From positions 256,001 to 320,000 of the forward strand of contig OZ219790.1 in the NCBI GenBank assembly GCA_964291215.2: 64,000 bases of DNA, read 5' to 3'. Positions 9,795 through 20,836 of the stretch are shown here, piece by piece. Below the pieces are notes generated by a model, which was not told where the DNA came from, made no database searches, and saw only the letters and a list, made by a program, of their open reading frames with translations. Source of the stretch: Alphaproteobacteria bacterium. Lineage in GTDB: Bacteria > Pseudomonadota > Alphaproteobacteria > MPNO01 > UBA830. Position numbers and translations under genes: made by a program. Within the stretch, counting starts at the first letter, position 1, and each line of letters starts with the position of its first letter.

Positions 9795-10330
9795 ACTTGG
9801 GTAGGGAGAACCGGGTTGCCTCGGTCCCCCCGCAGTTGCGGTAGGGATGTGCATTGCTGCGCACCCCCCCCCCCCCCCCCCCCCCGCACAGATCCGGACT
9901 TGGACGTTAATCTATCCGGCCTCGGGTGCTTGACGGTAAACCGCTGGTCCGGCCATGGGTGGCGGATGGGCGGCCAAAGAAGCTCGGTCATACGCTCCAT
10001 TCGCTTCCAGTCAAAACGGTGGCGCTGGGAGCGGCGGCGGATCGCTCGCAGCCATAGGCGTTGCAGCCTTTGGCGGAACGTGCGCAGCCATCGGCCCGGA
10101 ACGGCGAAGTAGTTGAACCAGCCTTGACAGACCCGCCCAAGCCACATGCCGACCTTCCATATGTCGTGATGCCGTCGATTGCGAAGCACCTCCTCGATGC
10201 GCGCCAGGGTCCTTGCGACCCGTTTTGCGACCGGCCAAGCCTGAAGCGTCCTCTCCGGGTCTCCGTGCAGAAGTGGGTGAAGCCCAGGAAGTCGAACGTC
10301 CTGCCCGCCCCGCGACACCACCCGTTCACA
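9795..10330 (-). mobile_element. Group II intron 3' remnant (RT/maturase C-terminus, DV, DVI), abutting the DVI of a second intron
   Basis: TFDFLGFTH, GWFNYFAVP, HPWPDQRF; minus strand GAGGCCGGAT...GTCCGGATCTGTGCGGGG...CCCTACCGCAAC. Confidence 0.85.
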
Positions 10331-10468
10331 TGAACGATCCACAGAAGGCCATCCTATGTTTCCGGTGTTGCGGGTTGAACTGTTTCCTCGCCAGAGAGCT
10401 TGCAGGACGGCGATATTCCCCGAGCGACCGTCTCCGCCTGCCAGCGCCTATAGCCGCTTTTTTCGATA

Positions 10469-11710
10469 GGTACTGTAACTTGATGTCTGGAAATTTGTCT
10501 GAGGTTTGCGCTTTGAGGCGTTTCACTGGGGGGGCTAGCCCCCCAGTGAAACGCGGCGCCATCGTGCTATCCCATGGAGTTGTAAAACCTTCATGGAGGA
10601 AGCGAATGGACCTGCGACACACTACGACGATTGAGGCCGTTTTGGAACATCTGATCGCAGACGGAGCAACGGATCTGGGGCGGATCTTTGGTCAGCTCTT
10701 CGAGCTTGCGATGCAAATCGAGCGCGAGCAGCACTTGAAAGCGGGCCACCGGACACCGGAGCGACAGGGCTATGCCAACGGCTACAAACGGATCGACACC
10801 CCCACTGTTACCGTTCAGGTGCCAAAGACGGCCGGTCACGGGGACGCCCCCCCCAGTCGCTTGAACGCGGCCAGCGATCTTCTCGCGCCGTAGCCGAGAT
10901 GTACATCAAGGGTGTTTCCACGAGGCAGGATGTAATGCGTGAGTTCGGGAGCCTGTCCTCTTCTCAGGTCAGCCGGGCCACCAGGTTGCTCGATGAAGAA
11001 CTCGCCGCGCAACCGGCCCCTGATGAAATACCTGGATGCGCGCTATGAAAAAGCCCGCCATGACGGCGTTGTGCGCGATGTCGCAGTGCTCTCGGCCATC
11101 GGAATAGGGGCTGCAGGCACGTTCTGGGGCTCTCTGTGGCGCTCTCCGAGGCCGAGGTCCATTGGAGAGCCTTCCTGGAAAGCTTGCTAGCCCTGCATGG
11201 TACGACCTTCATCGTCTCGGATGCCGGGTTGAAAGCGGCACGACGCGCGGTGCTGGGCGCGGCGATGTGGCAGCGCTGCCAGTTCCACCTGGCGCAAAAC
11301 GCCGTGCACCGAACAACGACATCAGGAAACGTATTGGAAAACAGCTCGGAGCCACGCCTCCTCACTCCAAACCGCCGAGGCTGAACTGGCCGCCCTCGTG
11401 GCCAGCTATCGCGACAAGCATCCAGGCTTCCTGGCTGGAAAACAATGCGGGGCTCGCTGTCTTCACCTTGCCCGATGCTCACCGCAAGCGCATGCGAACC
11501 TCGAACGGCATCGAGCGACCGATCCAGCAAGAGCTCAAGCGGCGCACCTCCAAAGTCAGGGTCTTTCCAAACCTCGCCTCGTTGGAGCGCCTCTCAACCG
11601 CGGTCCTCATCGACGAAAAATGGGAAACCGAAACCAAGGCATACATCAAATGGGAACAGCTCGATGACTGAGAGCTTCACGACAATTTCCAGACATCAGG
11701 TTGCGTAATC
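10469..11710 (+). mobile_element. IS256-family element copy 2 (degenerate, empty palindrome)
   Basis: Same IRs and transposase fragments as copy 1. Confidence 0.9.
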
Positions 11711-14110
11711 GCTCGATACGGACTTTGTCCCCCAGGTCCAGGTCTTCCAGTGTTCGCCGGAGGTCGTCTTCCATGGCGGCGAGAGCGTTTGCGGGGATCT
11801 CCGGTTCTAACTTCACCTCCACGACAAGCCCCTTGCCGGCCCGCAGCCTGGGAACGACCTTCGTGCCGAGACGGTTCCAGACTTCTGGCGGTACAACTCC
11901 GGCCAGGCGCAATCGGACCGGGGCGGTGTTTCCGCGCGGTTCGTTTTCAGTCCCGGGCTCCTACACGGCGTCGGGGCCGGGTTTGGGAGGCATCGGCGTA
12001 TCGGCGTCTGGCACCAGTTGCGGCCCGAGCGCTTCCGCCGCCCGAATCTTCTCGCTGCGGGCCCTGGTCAACAGGAACACGTCCGGTTCGAACGCAACTT
12101 CCTCCGCCCCGACCGGCTCGGCATGCCAGATCCGTTCGTAACCGCCGTCCGCCATCGTGCCCGATGCGAGGCCGAAGTCGCCGCTCGCGACAAATTCGAC
12201 GATCTTGCGGCGCAGGACGGCATCCGGATCGACGAGCCGGGTCAGCGACCCGTCGAGAAAGCTCTGGCGCAAGCCGGTAAGCGGCCAGGCCCCGCTTTCC
12301 CTCAAGGCCGGCGGCCAGTGGCGGTCGAGATAGCCCGCGCCTACGGATTCGTTGAGCAGTGCTTCGGTCCTGAGCGCCGTGATCACGCGGCCGCAGAGCG
12401 TTTCGCTGGCGCTGCTGTGCCCCGCGCCGAGATCGATGGTCTTGAGTCCTGTCTCGGCCCTGGCGTCGGCGAGCGCCATGAAGCGGTAGCCGCCCCACAC
12501 CTCGTCCCGCGCTACGTTTTCCGCGTCCCTGACCTTGGTCCGCACCTCGTCCCGGTCCGCCCGGTCGAACTCCGTGCCGAGCACGCCTTCGGCCACCTCG
12601 CGGGAGACCCACTGCCAGGCGAGCCACAACTCCGCGCGCTCCCTGAGTTCGCGCCCCGGCTTCCTGACGCACCAGACCAGGGAGGCGGGATACAGCCGCG
12701 GCGAATCGCCCCGCTGCCTTGTCCATAGCGCAATCCGCTCCGCTGTCCGGGCTGCCATTCCGCCTCCGGGTCGACGACGACCAGCGCAAGGCGCGGCGTG
12801 TCCGGAACGGCGGCGCCGTCTTCCGGAAAGGCGACGACCGGCAGGCTGGCGCCCCGGTCGAATTCTTCCTTCACCAGCTTGCGGATCGCCGGCCGGATTT
12901 CCGTGTCTTCGTCGAGCGCGGCGCGGCGGTCGCTGACGACCTTCTTCAGGGTCGCCTGGTGATGGATGCGGAAACCGTCCGTGCCGATCTTGCGGATGAA
13001 GAACCACGCTGTTTCCGGCGCCCCGGCCGCATTGTCGACGGACGTGGCATCGACCTCGGGTTCATCCAGGGCGAAGCGCAGTTCGGGAAGATGCGCCACC
13101 TTCTCCACCTGCCCGCCGGAAGACTCGAACAGGATGGCCGCGCCGACCCGGCGGTGAATGTCGCGCAGCGCCCCCTTCGTGTCGGCATCCAGCGCGCGGG
13201 CATGGGCCGTGTCGCCCACGAGATCGGCGGCTATCGCCACATCGAGCCGCTGTTCGCCCAACTGGCCGAGCACGACCGCGCGGAACTCCGGCACATGCAG
13301 CGGCGCCGAACCGAGCGTTATCAACGGCTCCGTCCGCGCCTGCCGGAAGTGCTGGCGCGCCGCCCAGGAGATCCACTGGGCCAGCATGGCAAGCGTACCG
13401 CGGGTCTGCTGGAACTGGGAAAGCGCGCTCCATTTCCTCCGGAAGACGGAGAGCGTCGAAGGGTGGAAGGGATAGCAGGCCTCGAACCGGCGCCTCAGAA
13501 ACTCGCGCGCCCTGGTCTCTGTGGTCGCACTGTCCACGGACATCCATTCGGAAGGCAGGCGGGCGGTCCGCTCGAAACACCAGTCCGCGCAGGTCTTCGA
13601 AACTCGCTTGCGTATCCGCTCGTCGCCGAGGTCCTCGAACAGCCGCCGGCGCACCACGTCGCCGATCTCGGCTTCGTCATTGGCGATCAGGTCGCGGGCG
13701 ACGCGGCGCACCACCTTGGTGATGCGGTCCTGCCATTGGCGGTCCCAGTCCGTCATCTCCACCTGGCTGCGCGGCAGGCTGATGACCACCGCCGCCCCGG
13801 CGGCCCCCGTAACGGCGACCGTCAGATTCTGGATGAAGGCGTGGAAGCTCTCGGCCCGGTCGCGATGGCGGTTGACGAAGTTCAGGACCTCGTCGAAGAG
13901 CAGCAGCACGGGCGTCCCTGCGGCGGCGAACACCCGGACAAGCGCCTCGGTCCCGGGCGGCGTGGTGTTCGCCGCCGTTCCGAGCGCGGCGACGCCCCGG
14001 TCTCCGGCAAAGCTGGCGGGCCAAGTCGATCCACGGCGTCTCGCGGCCTTCGCAAGGGTCACAGGCATTGCCCACGAACACCCCGACCCGCGCTTCGGGA
14101 AGGCTTGAAA
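11711..14110 (-). pseudogene. DUF499-family AAA+ ATPase, 5'-truncated and frameshifted
   Basis: GVFVGN..D...GRETPWIDLARQL, LLLFDE (Walker B), VVRRRLFE, CYPFHP, FQQTRGTL, C-terminal VPPEVWNRLGTKVVPRLR; split over four ORFs; Walker A absent. Confidence 0.8.
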
Positions 14111-14153
14111 CCCCGTTCGCCGCTCTGCAGCCGCACATGGCTCCGGTAGCGGG

Positions 14154-14411
14154 CTACTCGTTGTCGCTGCTCCGGCTGGTGGATGCGCCAGAGAAACCGC
14201 GCATGAAGGCCTGCTGCATGTTCTCCCACGCCTGCATGCCGGTCGGAAGCCAGGTCTTCATCAATACCTCCGGGTCCATCGCGTTGACCTGCTCGGTCAT
14301 GCGTTCCTGAACCATCGCCATAATTCCCTTCTGGAATTCCTGCACGTCGGGAAGGCCCAGAAATTGCCGCGCCTCTTCCGGGGTGCAGTCGATATCGATC
14401 GAGAATTTCAT
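14154..14411 (-). CDS. DUF6489-like protein
   Basis: MKFSIDIDCTPEEARQFLGLPDV signature. Confidence 0.8.
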   Translation of the reverse strand: MKFSIDIDCTPEEARQFLGLPDVQEFQKGIMAMVQERMTEQVNAMDPEVLMKTWLPTGMQAWENMQQAFMRGFSGASTSRSSDNE

Positions 14412-14444
14412 GCTAAAGCGCCCTCCCTTCGTCCGCGCATTTCC

Positions 14445-16238
14445 TCAGCTCGTAACCTTGACGTAGCTGCCTGGTGCCGGCTCGATGATATCCGCGCCGC
14501 CGTCCCCGGGGACGCGCGCCGCAACCTGCGCTCCCGACTTCGGCGATAGCCACTGGTGCCAGTCGGGCCACCACGAGCCGGGGTACTCGACCGCATCGCC
14601 GAGCCAGGAATCGAAGGTCGGATACGACTTGCGGCTGGTATTGAGCCAGTGCTGGTATTTCCGTTTTTCGGGAGGGTTGATAACTCCCGCGATGTGGCCG
14701 GCGCCCGCCAGCACGAACCGCTTCGAACCTCCCAGCAGGTGGGTCATCTTAAACACCGATTCGCCAGGTGCGATGTGATCCTCCCTGCTCGCCTGTATAT
14801 AGGTCGGGATCTTGATCTTGCCGAGGTCGATCGGAGTTCCCATGAGCTGAAAGCGCCCCTTCTTGGCAAGCGCGTTCTGCTGGTACATCCCGCGCAGATA
14901 ATCCATCAATAACTGAGCTGGAAACCGGGTCGAATCCGCGTTCCAGAACAGGAGATCGAAGGCTGGCGGGTCCTTGCCCAGCAGATAGTTGTTGATCACG
15001 AAGTGCCAGATCAGATCGTTTGAGCGCAGCACGTTGAAAGTTCCCGCCATCTGCGCACCGTCGAGATAGCCCTTGGCCCGCACTTGCTCTTCAAGCATGC
15101 CGATCTGGGTTTCATCGGTGAAGACGCGAAGATCGCCGGCATTCTCGAAATCCACCTGCGAGGCGAAAAAGGTGGCTGCCGCGATGCGGTTGTCATCGTT
15201 CGCGGCCATATACGCCAGGGTCGCCGCCAACAAAGTGCCGCCGATGCAATAGCCGATGGCCGTCACCCGGCGCTCACCCGTTGCCCTCTCGATCCCTTCA
15301 AGCGCCGCCAGGATACCGTCCCTGACATAGTCGTCGAAACTCTTGTCCGCGAAGCTCTCGTCCGGATTGACCCAAGAGACGACGAAGACGGTGTATCCCT
15401 GCCGCGTCGCCCAGCGGATAAAGGAGTTCTCCGGCTGAAGATCGAGAATGTAGAACTTGTTGATCCAGGGCGGCACGATCAGCAGGGGTTTCCTGTAAAC
15501 CTCTTCGCTTGTCGGCGCATACTGGATGAGTTGCATCAACGGCGTCTGATGAACGACCGCGCCAGGTGCTGTTGCGATGTCCTTTCCGATTTCGAAGGCC
15601 GTCATGTCGGTATGGCGCGGCCGAAGCCCGTCACGACCGTCACGAATGTCGTCGCTGAGATTCTGTATGCCGCGCAGCAGGCTTTCGCCCTTGGTTTCCG
15701 CCATTTCACGGAGCACGCGGGGGTTGGTCAATGCGAAGTTGGTCGGCGACAGCGCGTCGACGATCATGCGGCCGAAGAAATCGAGCTTGAGGGCGGTATC
15801 CGCGTCGAGACCCTCAAGATCCGCCACCGCGCGGCGCAGCCAGCGCGCATTGAGCAGATAGGACTGCTTGATGAAGTCGAAGACCGGGTTGTCACTCCAT
15901 TCGGCATCCCTGAACCGGTAGTCTCCCTGTTCCGGCTCGATGACCGGCTGGGCGTCACGGCCCATCATGCGCGCCGTCGTCTGAAGCCAGAGCGCCTGAT
16001 AGTCGCGCCACAGTTCGGCCTGGTTCTGGAGCACGCGGGCCGGATCCGCCGGCATTTCCGGAAGGGTCTTCGACAGCGCGGTCACGCCGGCATTGGGCAC
16101 GAAACCGTCGCCGCCCCGCTCGATGAAGGAAGACATCCAGTCGGCCCAGCCGCGCTGGAACTGGGCTGCCGCCTCACCGAGCGACTCGGCGATGTCGGCG
16201 AAATCGTCGCTGCTTCCGTTCGTGCCATCCGATGCCAT
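14445..16238 (-). CDS. phaC: Class I poly(R)-hydroxyalkanoate synthase
   Basis: PLLIVPPWINKFYILDL, GYCIGGT lipase box, WNAD, GHIAGVINPP, GSWWPDW. Confidence 0.97.
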   Translation of the reverse strand: MASDGTNGSSDDFADIAESLGEAAAQFQRGWADWMSSFIERGGDGFVPNAGVTALSKTLPEMPADPARVLQNQAELWRDYQALWLQTTARMMGRDAQPVIEPEQGDYRFRDAEWSDNPVFDFIKQSYLLNARWLRRAVADLEGLDADTALKLDFFGRMIVDALSPTNFALTNPRVLREMAETKGESLLRGIQNLSDDIRDGRDGLRPRHTDMTAFEIGKDIATAPGAVVHQTPLMQLIQYAPTSEEVYRKPLLIVPPWINKFYILDLQPENSFIRWATRQGYTVFVVSWVNPDESFADKSFDDYVRDGILAALEGIERATGERRVTAIGYCIGGTLLAATLAYMAANDDNRIAAATFFASQVDFENAGDLRVFTDETQIGMLEEQVRAKGYLDGAQMAGTFNVLRSNDLIWHFVINNYLLGKDPPAFDLLFWNADSTRFPAQLLMDYLRGMYQQNALAKKGRFQLMGTPIDLGKIKIPTYIQASREDHIAPGESVFKMTHLLGGSKRFVLAGAGHIAGVINPPEKRKYQHWLNTSRKSYPTFDSWLGDAVEYPGSWWPDWHQWLSPKSGAQVAARVPGDGGADIIEPAPGSYVKVTS

Positions 16239-16245
16239 GGTGACC

Positions 16246-16968
16246 TCAGTACATATGCTGGCCGCCATTGACGGACAGTGTCGAGCCAGTGATGAAACCG
16301 GCTTCGTCGGCGGCGAGGAAAATGATCGCACGTGCGATTTCCTCGGCCCGTCCGAGGCGTCCTACCGGGATGCGTTCAACGATCTTCTCGAGAATGTTCT
16401 CCGGCACCGCGGCGACCATCTCGGTGTCAATATAACCCGGCGCTATGGCGTTGACGGTGATGCCATGCGCAGCCCCCTCCTGAGCCAGCGCCTTGGTAAA
16501 GCCGTGAATGCCCGACTTTGCCGCAGCGTAGTTGACCTGACCGTATTGTCCGGCCTGCCCGTTGATCGAGCCGACATTGACGATGCGCCCGAATCCACGT
16601 TCGCGCATGCCCTCGATCACGGCCCGAGACATGTTGAAGCACGAGCCGATATTGGTGTCGATGACCTGTTGCCACTGTTCGTAGGTCATGCGGTGCATCG
16701 TACCGTCACGGGTAATGCCGGCATTGTTCACGAGCACATCCACCGGTCCGAGATCGGCGACAACCCTTGCCACTCCCTCCTGGCAGGCGTCGAAATCCGA
16801 AACGTCCCACTTGTACGCGGCAATGCCGGTCGCGGCGCTAAACTGCTCGGCCTTGCTGTCATCCCTGGCATAGACGGCGGCAGTGTCATTGCCGGCGTCC
16901 TTCAGCGCAATGGAGGTGGCCGCGCCAATGCCGCGGGTTCCGCCGGTAACGATAGCCACTCTGCTCAT
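16246..16968 (-). CDS. phaB: Acetoacetyl-CoA reductase
   Basis: VTGGTRGIG, NNAGITRD, GQAGQYGQVNYAAAKSG. Confidence 0.96.
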   Translation of the reverse strand: MSRVAIVTGGTRGIGAATSIALKDAGNDTAAVYARDDSKAEQFSAATGIAAYKWDVSDFDACQEGVARVVADLGPVDVLVNNAGITRDGTMHRMTYEQWQQVIDTNIGSCFNMSRAVIEGMRERGFGRIVNVGSINGQAGQYGQVNYAAAKSGIHGFTKALAQEGAAHGITVNAIAPGYIDTEMVAAVPENILEKIVERIPVGRLGRAEEIARAIIFLAADEAGFITGSTLSVNGGQHMY

Positions 16969-17204
16969 GATGTATGCCTGTGCTACGTCCCGGCGCTCCG
17001 CTCGGGCACCGGTGACATTTCCCGTTCCGAGAGACTAGGCCGGAAAACGCCGCGAGGAAAGCAGAAACCGGCCCGCCCGGATGCCTCAGGGAACTGTTGA
17101 TGCGTCCCGTGGTGCCGTCCCGCAATTGCGGCCCATGCGCAGGGGCGGGCAGGAACACCGGACCGCCCCCACCCGTCCCGCACGAGATGCCGTCCGGGCT
17201 CCGG

Positions 17205-17717
17205 TCAGGCGGCCTGCGGCCTTACGAAGGCCTCGACAGTGTCATCGACGCGAGTCTTGATCGGCTCGAGCACCTTCGTCACCGTGTCGGTCGCGATCTG
17301 GTTGACCTTGGTCGACTGGGCAACGACCCGGTTCACGGACTTGTTGACGCTCTCGACCTGAATGTCAATGAATTCCTGGGGCGTTTTCGCGGCGAGAAAG
17401 CGCTGCATCAACTCCATGTTTTCGGCCACCGCCATCGTGGCGTAATCGACGACGCCCTGACAATACGCATCCCACCCCGCGACCACGGCAGCAGCGGATT
17501 CAGAAATCGCGTTCAGATTGTCCTTGCCGCATACTGCAGCCTTGTCGTAGGTGTCTGTGGCGACATCGAACTGCTCCTTGCCGAAGGCCGCCGCCGTACG
17601 GCAGCCCTCGGCGGTCGCGTCGGCACCCATCTGCATGACCGTCTCAAGGGTCTCCTTGCCCGCGACTGCCATCTTTTCTGCCGCCTCGGTTGCGGCCTGT
17701 CCCGAATTCTCGGTCAT
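17205..17717 (-). CDS. phaP: Phasin family protein
   Basis: Ala-rich helical protein with AAKTPQEFIDIQ; lies in the PHA cluster; GGAG RBS before ATG 17717. Confidence 0.85.
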   Translation of the reverse strand: MTENSGQAATEAAEKMAVAGKETLETVMQMGADATAEGCRTAAAFGKEQFDVATDTYDKAAVCGKDNLNAISESAAAVVAGWDAYCQGVVDYATMAVAENMELMQRFLAAKTPQEFIDIQVESVNKSVNRVVAQSTKVNQIATDTVTKVLEPIKTRVDDTVEAFVRPQAA

Positions 17718-17782
17718 CTTTCGCTCCATCCAGTGTGTTTGCCCGGGCTTCCGGCCGGCGTTGCCACCCGCTGGACCGGCAA

Positions 17783-17903
17783 TTTTGCGTTGCAAAAAAG
17801 ATATCTAGGCGCTCACGCCCCCCCTGTCAAGCTGTTTATTTTGCGCCGCAAAAAATTTTCCTGTTAAATTCTAGGGAGTTGCCACGGGATGCATTGCGTT
17901 GCA
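17783..17903. promoter_or_regulatory. Putative PhaR operators (TGC-N3-GCA x3)
   Basis: TTTTGCGTTGCAAAA (~17783), TTTTGCGCCGCAAAA (~17839) and TGCGTTGCA (~17895) in the phaP/phaR divergent spacer. Confidence 0.6.
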
Positions 17904-17990
17904 TAATCTTTTTGCAACACCGAAGACCGCTCGAATTAACCTTGGACCGCGCCGTCGGCAACGGTTCCCACGACAGATGGAGCAGTTCAA

Positions 17991-18596
17991 TTGGCAAACG
18001 AGGAAACCGGGAGCGCAAAGGCGACGATCATCCGAAAATATGCCAACCGGCGCCTTTACAATACCGATACCGCCAGCTTCGTCACCCTCGAAGATCTCCA
18101 CGACATGGTCACGCGGGGGATTATCTTCCTAGTGCAGGACGCGACATCGGGACGCGACATCACCTGCTCCATCCTCGCCCAGATCGTTTCCGAAGAGGAA
18201 AACCGGGGGCACAACATGCTGCCGCTCAACTATCTCCGGCAGATGTTGCAACTCTACGACGCGGGCTTCGGCCCGCAGTTCCGCGCCTATCTTGAGCAGA
18301 GTGTCGACGCCTTTACCGCGAATCAGCAGCAGGCCGTGCAGCAGATGCAACGCATGCTCGGCGGCGACGGCGGAGCAGTGGAGCAGCTCGCTGAAATCGG
18401 GCGGCAGAACATCGAGATGTTCCAGAGATCGATAAACATGTTCACGCCTCCGGCCGCAAGCCGCGGGCGGGATGGCGACAGCCCGCCGCCCGTCGCGGAG
18501 AGCGAGCCGTCGTCCAGGGACGAGGAGATAGAGGACCTGAAAAGGCAACTAGCCGAGGTGCAACAACGTCTGGATACGCTCGACAGGCCAAAATGA
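17991..18596 (+). CDS. phaR: Polyhydroxyalkanoate synthesis repressor
   Basis: IIRKYANRRLYNTDTASFVTLEDL; TTG start after GGAG. Confidence 0.95.
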   Translation: MANEETGSAKATIIRKYANRRLYNTDTASFVTLEDLHDMVTRGIIFLVQDATSGRDITCSILAQIVSEEENRGHNMLPLNYLRQMLQLYDAGFGPQFRAYLEQSVDAFTANQQQAVQQMQRMLGGDGGAVEQLAEIGRQNIEMFQRSINMFTPPAASRGRDGDSPPPVAESEPSSRDEEIEDLKRQLAEVQQRLDTLDRPK

Positions 18597-18640
18597 TCGA
18601 TTCGACCAGCCCCCTCCACAAAGCAACGGGAAACCCGAAC

Positions 18641-19063
18641 ATGCCAATACTTCGCGACTTCAGCGACCTTGAGGTCGGAATGACGGACACCTTCACCAAG
18701 ATGCTGACCGATGAGGACGTACGCGCGTTCGCGACCGCATCCGGCGACTGCAATCCGCTCCATCTTGACGACGATTTCGCCAGCACCACGAGATTCGAGA
18801 AACGGATTACCCACGGCATTCTGACCGCGGGACTGATATCGGCCACGTTCGCAGGCACCCTTCCCGGCCCGGGCTGGCCTTATGTCAACCAGTTGCTCAA
18901 ATTCCGTGCGCCGGTCTATATCGGGGACACTGTGACTGCCCGGGTCGAGGTGACCGAACTTCTTCCGGAGCGGAAATTCGCTGTCTTCCACACCGTTTGC
19001 TCCGTCGACGACAAGGTCGTGCTGGAGGGCGAAGCTACGCTCATGGCTCCGGAGCTCTCGTAG
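18641..19063 (+). CDS. phaJ: MaoC-family (R)-enoyl-CoA hydratase
   Basis: FA.ASGDCNPLHLD, RITHG, LPGPG, F.APVYIGD. Confidence 0.85.
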   Translation: MPILRDFSDLEVGMTDTFTKMLTDEDVRAFATASGDCNPLHLDDDFASTTRFEKRITHGILTAGLISATFAGTLPGPGWPYVNQLLKFRAPVYIGDTVTARVEVTELLPERKFAVFHTVCSVDDKVVLEGEATLMAPELS

Positions 19064-19207
19064 GCGCATTACACCGGATACCTGGCGAATTCAGGGGCAG
19101 GGTCGGCAATATCACCGAGAGAACCCCATGCGACACCGCATGATCATTCAGTGAACCCGGAACTTTCGGCACCCCGAAACCGGGATGAAGCCACACGTAA
19201 CCCGTCC

Positions 19208-20836
19208 TTACCTGCTCACGATCACGCCGGGGTTGAGAATTCCCTTCGGGTCCAGACGGCCCTTGGCCTCAGCCAGCATTTCCCCGAAAATTTCAGGACG
19301 TTGCCGTTCATACCATTTTCGGTGATCGCGTCCCACAGCATGGTGATGGGTGATGGTGCCTCCCTCGCTGATGACCGCGTCGGAGGCAGCGTTCTTGATC
19401 TCCTCCCACTGTTCGAGGAGGCCGTCCTTCCGCCCCTGCCCGTGGAACGCGAAATACGGCGCCGGTCCGTCCGGATAGGCATGGCTGAACCGGCACGACA
19501 CCGCGCCCTCCCGTCCTGTCGCCTTTCGGATGGCTGCACCCGTCGCCTCGCGAACGACATGGTAGAACTCCTCGAAGCGGTTCCATGTGATCGCGCTCTC
19601 GAAGGTGTCGGAAATGATGCCGCGCGGCGTAAGTTCCTCGCGGCAGTAGGGCATGCGGATGAAGGCTGTGCGCCAAGCGCCGACCGCACCCTCCAGGTTG
19701 GCTCGAGGATTGTCCCGCCAGTCGACATCGATGACACCACCATGATCGAGGCAACATTGCTCGGCACGCGCCATCCATGCGTCAACCGGATGGTCGGAAC
19801 TCTCGAACGACACCACCATGAGAGAAAATGATCCGTCGCCGGCCCCGTTGACCTGCAATTCGATCCCGTCAACGATGCGTACGTTGGCGGGAAACAACCC
19901 GGCCTGCGAGACTGCCCTCACAGCTGCGGCGGCAGAGAGGAAATCCGCGAAACAAAACCCTTCCGTCGCCTTGAAGACCGGCCTGCCCTGCAGCCGCACC
20001 CAGCTCTCCGTAATGATGCCCATCGATCCCTCGGATCCGATCACGAACCGGTCGGGACTGGGACCGGCACCGGAGCCGGGCAGCCGGCGCGACGCCATCC
20101 TTCCCGAGGGCGCCACCATGGTCACACTTTCGACGAGATCATCAATATGGGTGTAGAGAGTGGCGAAATGGCCGCCGGACCGCGTCGCGATCCAGCCTCC
20201 CAGCGTCGAATGTTCGAAACTCTGCGGAAAATGGCGCAGGGTCAGGCCGCTTGGCTTCAGCTGGGCTTCCAGTTCCGGACCGCGCGCCCCACCCTGGATG
20301 CGCGCCGCGCGGCTCACGTCGTCAATTTCAAGCACCTTGTTCATCCGCCCCAGGTCGACGGTCACGGTTCCGTTGAAGCCGTTGCCAACATCGCCGGTCA
20401 CGCCGCCCACAACCGACGAACCACCGCCATAAGGAACCAGGGCTGCCCCGGCATCCCCGCACCAGTCATAGAGTGCGGCAATATCCGCCTCGTTTTCCGG
20501 ATAGGCCACCACATCGGGTGCATGGGTAAAATCGCCCATGCAGATACGAATGGAATCGGGCTGCGACTGGCCAAACGCGTGCAATACGCGCTCATACCTG
20601 TCGTTCGTGCAGATACCGGCCAAGGCCGCCGGCCACGACAGGCGCGGCGCCGGGAGCTCGATTTCCTCAAGCGCCGGCATCCTGCTGTCGTCGCTCGGCA
20701 CGATACCGAAATCCTCGGCGAAGGTGGTCAGCAGGGACTTCGTCTCGGCTGCATCGAGGCCTTCGCCCTCGTATCCCCAGCCCCAGTACTTGAGCTTTCT
20801 CGCAGTCGAATCGCCCAATGCGTCATCCTCTCCCAA
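19208..20836 (-). CDS. FAD-binding oxidoreductase (alkylglycerone-phosphate synthase-like)
   Basis: PYGGGSSVVGG, RHFPQSFEHSTLGGWIATRSGG, GSEG, TITHHHAVGRDH. Confidence 0.9.
   Translation of the reverse strand: MGEDDALGDSTARKLKYWGWGYEGEGLDAAETKSLLTTFAEDFGIVPSDDSRMPALEEIELPAPRLSWPAALAGICTNDRYERVLHAFGQSQPDSIRICMGDFTHAPDVVAYPENEADIAALYDWCGDAGAALVPYGGGSSVVGGVTGDVGNGFNGTVTVDLGRMNKVLEIDDVSRAARIQGGARGPELEAQLKPSGLTLRHFPQSFEHSTLGGWIATRSGGHFATLYTHIDDLVESVTMVAPSGRMASRRLPGSGAGPSPDRFVIGSEGSMGIITESWVRLQGRPVFKATEGFCFADFLSAAAAVRAVSQAGLFPANVRIVDGIELQVNGAGDGSFSLMVVSFESSDHPVDAWMARAEQCCLDHGGVIDVDWRDNPRANLEGAVGAWRTAFIRMPYCREELTPRGIISDTFESAITWNRFEEFYHVVREATGAAIRKATGREGAVSCRFSHAYPDGPAPYFAFHGQGRKDGLLEQWEEIKNAASDAVISEGGTITHHHAVGRDHRKWYERQRPEIFGEMLAEAKGRLDPKGILNPGVIVSR

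Noticed and set aside
10461-11718. Target-site duplication for IS256 copy 2 (TTTCGATA / GCTCGATA)
   Set aside because: Only 6 of 8 bases match, so it cannot be called a duplication.
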